Assembly: GCA_012927585.1 (NCBI GenBank)
Contig: JABBOY010000026.1
Span: 7,408-71,407 of the forward strand
Reading direction: 5' to 3'
From: Glaciimonas sp.
GTDB lineage: Bacteria; Pseudomonadota; Gammaproteobacteria; Burkholderiales; Burkholderiaceae_D
Length of the DNA stretch: 64,000 nucleotides
In this document: piece by piece, positions 61,843 through 64,000 of the stretch
Layout: every line of letters begins with the position of its first letter
How positions within the stretch are numbered: position 1 is the first letter of the stretch
The notes under the pieces: model-generated
Told to the model about the DNA's origin: nothing
Database searches by the model: none
Seen by the model: the letters and a program-made list of their open reading frames with translations, nothing else
Made by a program: the position numbers and the translations under genes

Positions 61843-62343
61843 TTACTGCGTTTGGCAGCAATAAATCAATACTACTGCCTGCGCCGCGATGCCTTCCTCC
61901 CGACCCAGAGCGCCGAGCTTCTCGTTGGTCTTGGCCTTGATGTTGACCTGCCCCGCTGCTACGCCCAAATCTTCGGCCAGATTCACGGCCATCTGCGCGA
62001 TATGCGGCGCCATTTTCGGCGCTTGCGCGATGATGGTGGCGTCCAGATTACCAACCGCATAACCGGCCGCCGCGACCCGTTTAAGCGCCTCGCGCAGCAG
62101 CAAGCGCGAATCGGCACCGGCAAACTGTGCATCGGTATCGGGAAAATGGCGGCCGATATCGCCCAAGCCGGCGGCGCCCAGCAAGGCATCGATAATCGCA
62201 TGCAACAGCACATCAGCGTCAGAGTGACCGAGCAAACCGGTCTTGTGCGCAATAGTCACGCCGCCAATGATGAGTGCGCGGCCGGGCACCAGCGCATGGC
62301 AATCATAGCCTTGGCCGATACGGAATGGGATTGGATTAGTCAT
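61843..62343 (-). CDS. ispF: 2-C-methyl-D-erythritol 2,4-cyclodiphosphate synthase
   Basis: [38 protein letters not shown]. Confidence 0.97.
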   Translation of the reverse strand: MTNPIPFRIGQGYDCHALVPGRALIIGGVTIAHKTGLLGHSDADVLLHAIIDALLGAAGLGDIGRHFPDTDAQFAGADSRLLLREALKRVAAAGYAVGNLDATIIAQAPKMAPHIAQMAVNLAEDLGVAAGQVNIKAKTNEKLGALGREEGIAAQAVVLIYCCQTQ

Positions 62344-62369
62344 TATTACGCTGCTCTAAAATAGTTAAT

Positions 62370-62435
62370 AAAATAGGGAGTATCATAAAAAATATGCCTA
62401 TTACCGCATATGATTAATAGTTATCGTAAAAATAC
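62370..62435 (+). repeat. AT-rich dispersed element copy 7
   Basis: AAAATAGGGA-GTAT(62380)-N20-CCGCAT(62404)-N22-ATAC; in ispD-ispF gap. Confidence 0.7.
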
Positions 62436-62453
62436 GATAAGTAGTATGTATTT

Positions 62454-63143
62454 TTACAATCCAGCGGATAAAAATAACGCCGCCAGAGAAATATCCTCTT
62501 GCCGTGTCACCTTCAGATTGCAGGCATGACCTTCCACCAATAACGGCGTCTGGCCGATGGCTTCGATTGCGCTGGCTTCGTCAGTGACGTCAGTGACATC
62601 TCCCACTTCGCGCAAGGCGCGCTCCAGTAATGCGTAACGGAACATCTGCGGCGTTTGCGCCAGCCACAAACCGTCACGCGCAATCGTCTGTACCCGACCT
62701 GCTTCCACCCGCTTGACGGTATCGACTACCGGTAGCGCCAGCAGGCCACCGACTGGGTTATCGCCGATAGCGGTAATCAATTTTGCGATCAAGACCGGTG
62801 TCAAACCGGGACGGGCTGCATCGTGCACCAATACCCAGTCGTGAGCAGAAAGTTGATCGCGCAGCGCCTGCAAGCCGTTCAGCACAGACGCCTTGCGCGT
62901 CGCACCGCCGCAACGCAATATGGTCACGCCAGTCAATGCACCCAGCACATCCGCAATATATGCATCATCCGGGCTAACCACTACAAAGGTGCGCGTAATC
63001 AAGGGGCTGTTCAAGAAAGCAGCCACTGTGTGGCGCAGCATCGGTTGGCCGGCAAGCGGCAAATATTGCTTGGGGCAGTCAGCTTCCATGCGAGTACCAA
63101 CCCCAGCGGCAGGAATCAGGGCGAAATGGCGAGCTTGCTTCAT
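62454..63143 (-). CDS. ispD: 2-C-methyl-D-erythritol 4-phosphate cytidylyltransferase
   Basis: IPAAGVGTRM, PKQY, LVHDAARP, QTPQMF, NLKVT. Confidence 0.96.
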   Translation of the reverse strand: MKQARHFALIPAAGVGTRMEADCPKQYLPLAGQPMLRHTVAAFLNSPLITRTFVVVSPDDAYIADVLGALTGVTILRCGGATRKASVLNGLQALRDQLSAHDWVLVHDAARPGLTPVLIAKLITAIGDNPVGGLLALPVVDTVKRVEAGRVQTIARDGLWLAQTPQMFRYALLERALREVGDVTDVTDEASAIEAIGQTPLLVEGHACNLKVTRQEDISLAALFLSAGL

Positions 63144-63214
63144 TGGATTGAGTTCCGATTAATTTTCAAAGTGCATTTGGTCGCCCAGAATGCATCTGAT
63201 TGCGCAGACAGCCG

Positions 63215-63379
63215 TTATGCTGATGCTTTGCTCCTTAGCCCACGGCAACGCTCAGAACAATATTTAACCGCATCCCACTCCCGCGCCCACTTTTTGCGCC
63301 AAGTAAATGGCAATCCGCATTGTGCGCATATTTTAGTCGGTAGATATGTTTTTTTGTATCGTGGCAGGATGCCTTTCAC
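63215..63379 (-). CDS. DUF2256-domain protein
   Basis: [14 protein letters not shown]...YCSERCR; GTG start overlapping upstream stop. Confidence 0.85.
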   Translation of the reverse strand: MKGILPRYKKTYLPTKICAQCGLPFTWRKKWAREWDAVKYCSERCRGLRSKASA

Positions 63380-63612
63380 TGCCAGCCTTGCAACCATTGT
63401 CTGCTGTCCGTCAGAGCACGCCAAGGCAAAGTAAAACTACGGCCGGAGTAAATGGCTTCCAATTCTATGGTCTCAATCTGCGTGGCCGGCAGCGCCGGCG
63501 CGATCACTTTCGTAACAATAAAATGTTTCTCCTTGTTGCCTGGAATGGTAGCAGTCCATTTGCTGCGCAAAAGTTTATTCGGATTAAGTTGCAGTGTGGT
63601 CTGCGCAGTCAT
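63376..63612 (-). CDS. TIGR02450-family Trp-rich protein
   Basis: [12 protein letters not shown]...KEKHFIVT...WRAL...WLQGW. Confidence 0.85.
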   Translation of the reverse strand: MTAQTTLQLNPNKLLRSKWTATIPGNKEKHFIVTKVIAPALPATQIETIELEAIYSGRSFTLPWRALTDSRQWLQGWQ

Positions 63613-63614
63613 GG

Positions 63615-64000
63615 TTATTTTTCCTCAGTACGAGTTTGCTTGACCCAAATCAGCGCTTGGGTATTGAGCCCCAGTTGTTCGGCTTGACGTAGCAGTTGTG
63701 CGCGAATCTCTGCTGAAAGTTGCTTGTCCCTGGCCAATATCCATAAATAATCACGGTTCGGCCCCACTACCATGGCCCAGCGGTACTCTTTCTGGTCCAG
63801 AGCTATCACGTGGTAGCCGCCATAAAAAGGTCCAAAAAAAGAAACCTTCAGAGAAGCAATGTTGGCATCTCCGGTGAACACGGCCCGTCCGTCGGCCTGG
63901 CTCCACTTTTTCTTTTTATTGTCATAACCGCGATTGATGACTTCCACACTGCCATCCGGTTGCGGGCGGTAAGTCGCGCTGACATCACTCAAGCCACGCT
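63615..64000 (-). CDS. blc: Lipocalin (partial, start beyond right edge)
   Basis: ATY..PDGSVEVINRG, LKVSFFGPFYGGY, YLWILAR. Confidence 0.88.
   Translation of the reverse strand, partial: RGLSDVSATYRPQPDGSVEVINRGYDNKKKKWSQADGRAVFTGDANIASLKVSFFGPFYGGYHVIALDQKEYRWAMVVGPNRDYLWILARDKQLSAEIRAQLLRQAEQLGLNTQALIWVKQTRTEEK

Noticed and set aside
63215-64000. blc-TIGR02450-DUF2256 cluster
   Set aside because: Common conserved grouping, truncated by the window edge; nothing unusual visible.

Overview
A 64-kb chromosomal window from a betaproteobacterium; gene content and synteny suggest Burkholderiales, probably Oxalobacteraceae (inference). The left half (1-29.5 kb) is mostly conserved core: dppABCDF, LysR, ratAB/smpB, SPFH-NfeD, ppsA/ppsR and the rpsB-tsf-pyrH-frr-uppS-cdsA-dxr-rseP-bamA-skp-lpxD-fabZ-lpxA-lpxB-rnhB cluster. 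Next to rpsB is a defence cassette: a type III-like mod and res with an ABC-ATPase plus DUF4276/TOPRIM-like pair nested between them, abutting a broken CMD-family gene. Then come cobTSC bracketed by REPINs and assorted metabolic genes. At 51.3-53.9 kb is a B-family (ba3-like) heme-copper oxidase homologue whose high-spin-heme ligand and one CuB ligand are both His->Tyr. It is paired with a Tat-signal, His/Met-rich CuA subunit and preceded by a CopR/CusR-like box. The right end holds a guanidine-II riboswitch with sugE, a DARS-like DnaA-box triplet with an IHF site, ppnN, arfB, an OmpR/EnvZ-like pair, an orphan encapsulin-type ferritin and ispDF. The most unexpected non-coding signal is a degenerate AT-rich intergenic element with fixed spacing (GTAT-N20-CCGCAT-N21/22-ATAC) found seven times. 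No tRNA, rRNA, CRISPR array, integrase or transposase was seen. All calls come from reading motifs by eye; no database searches were run.
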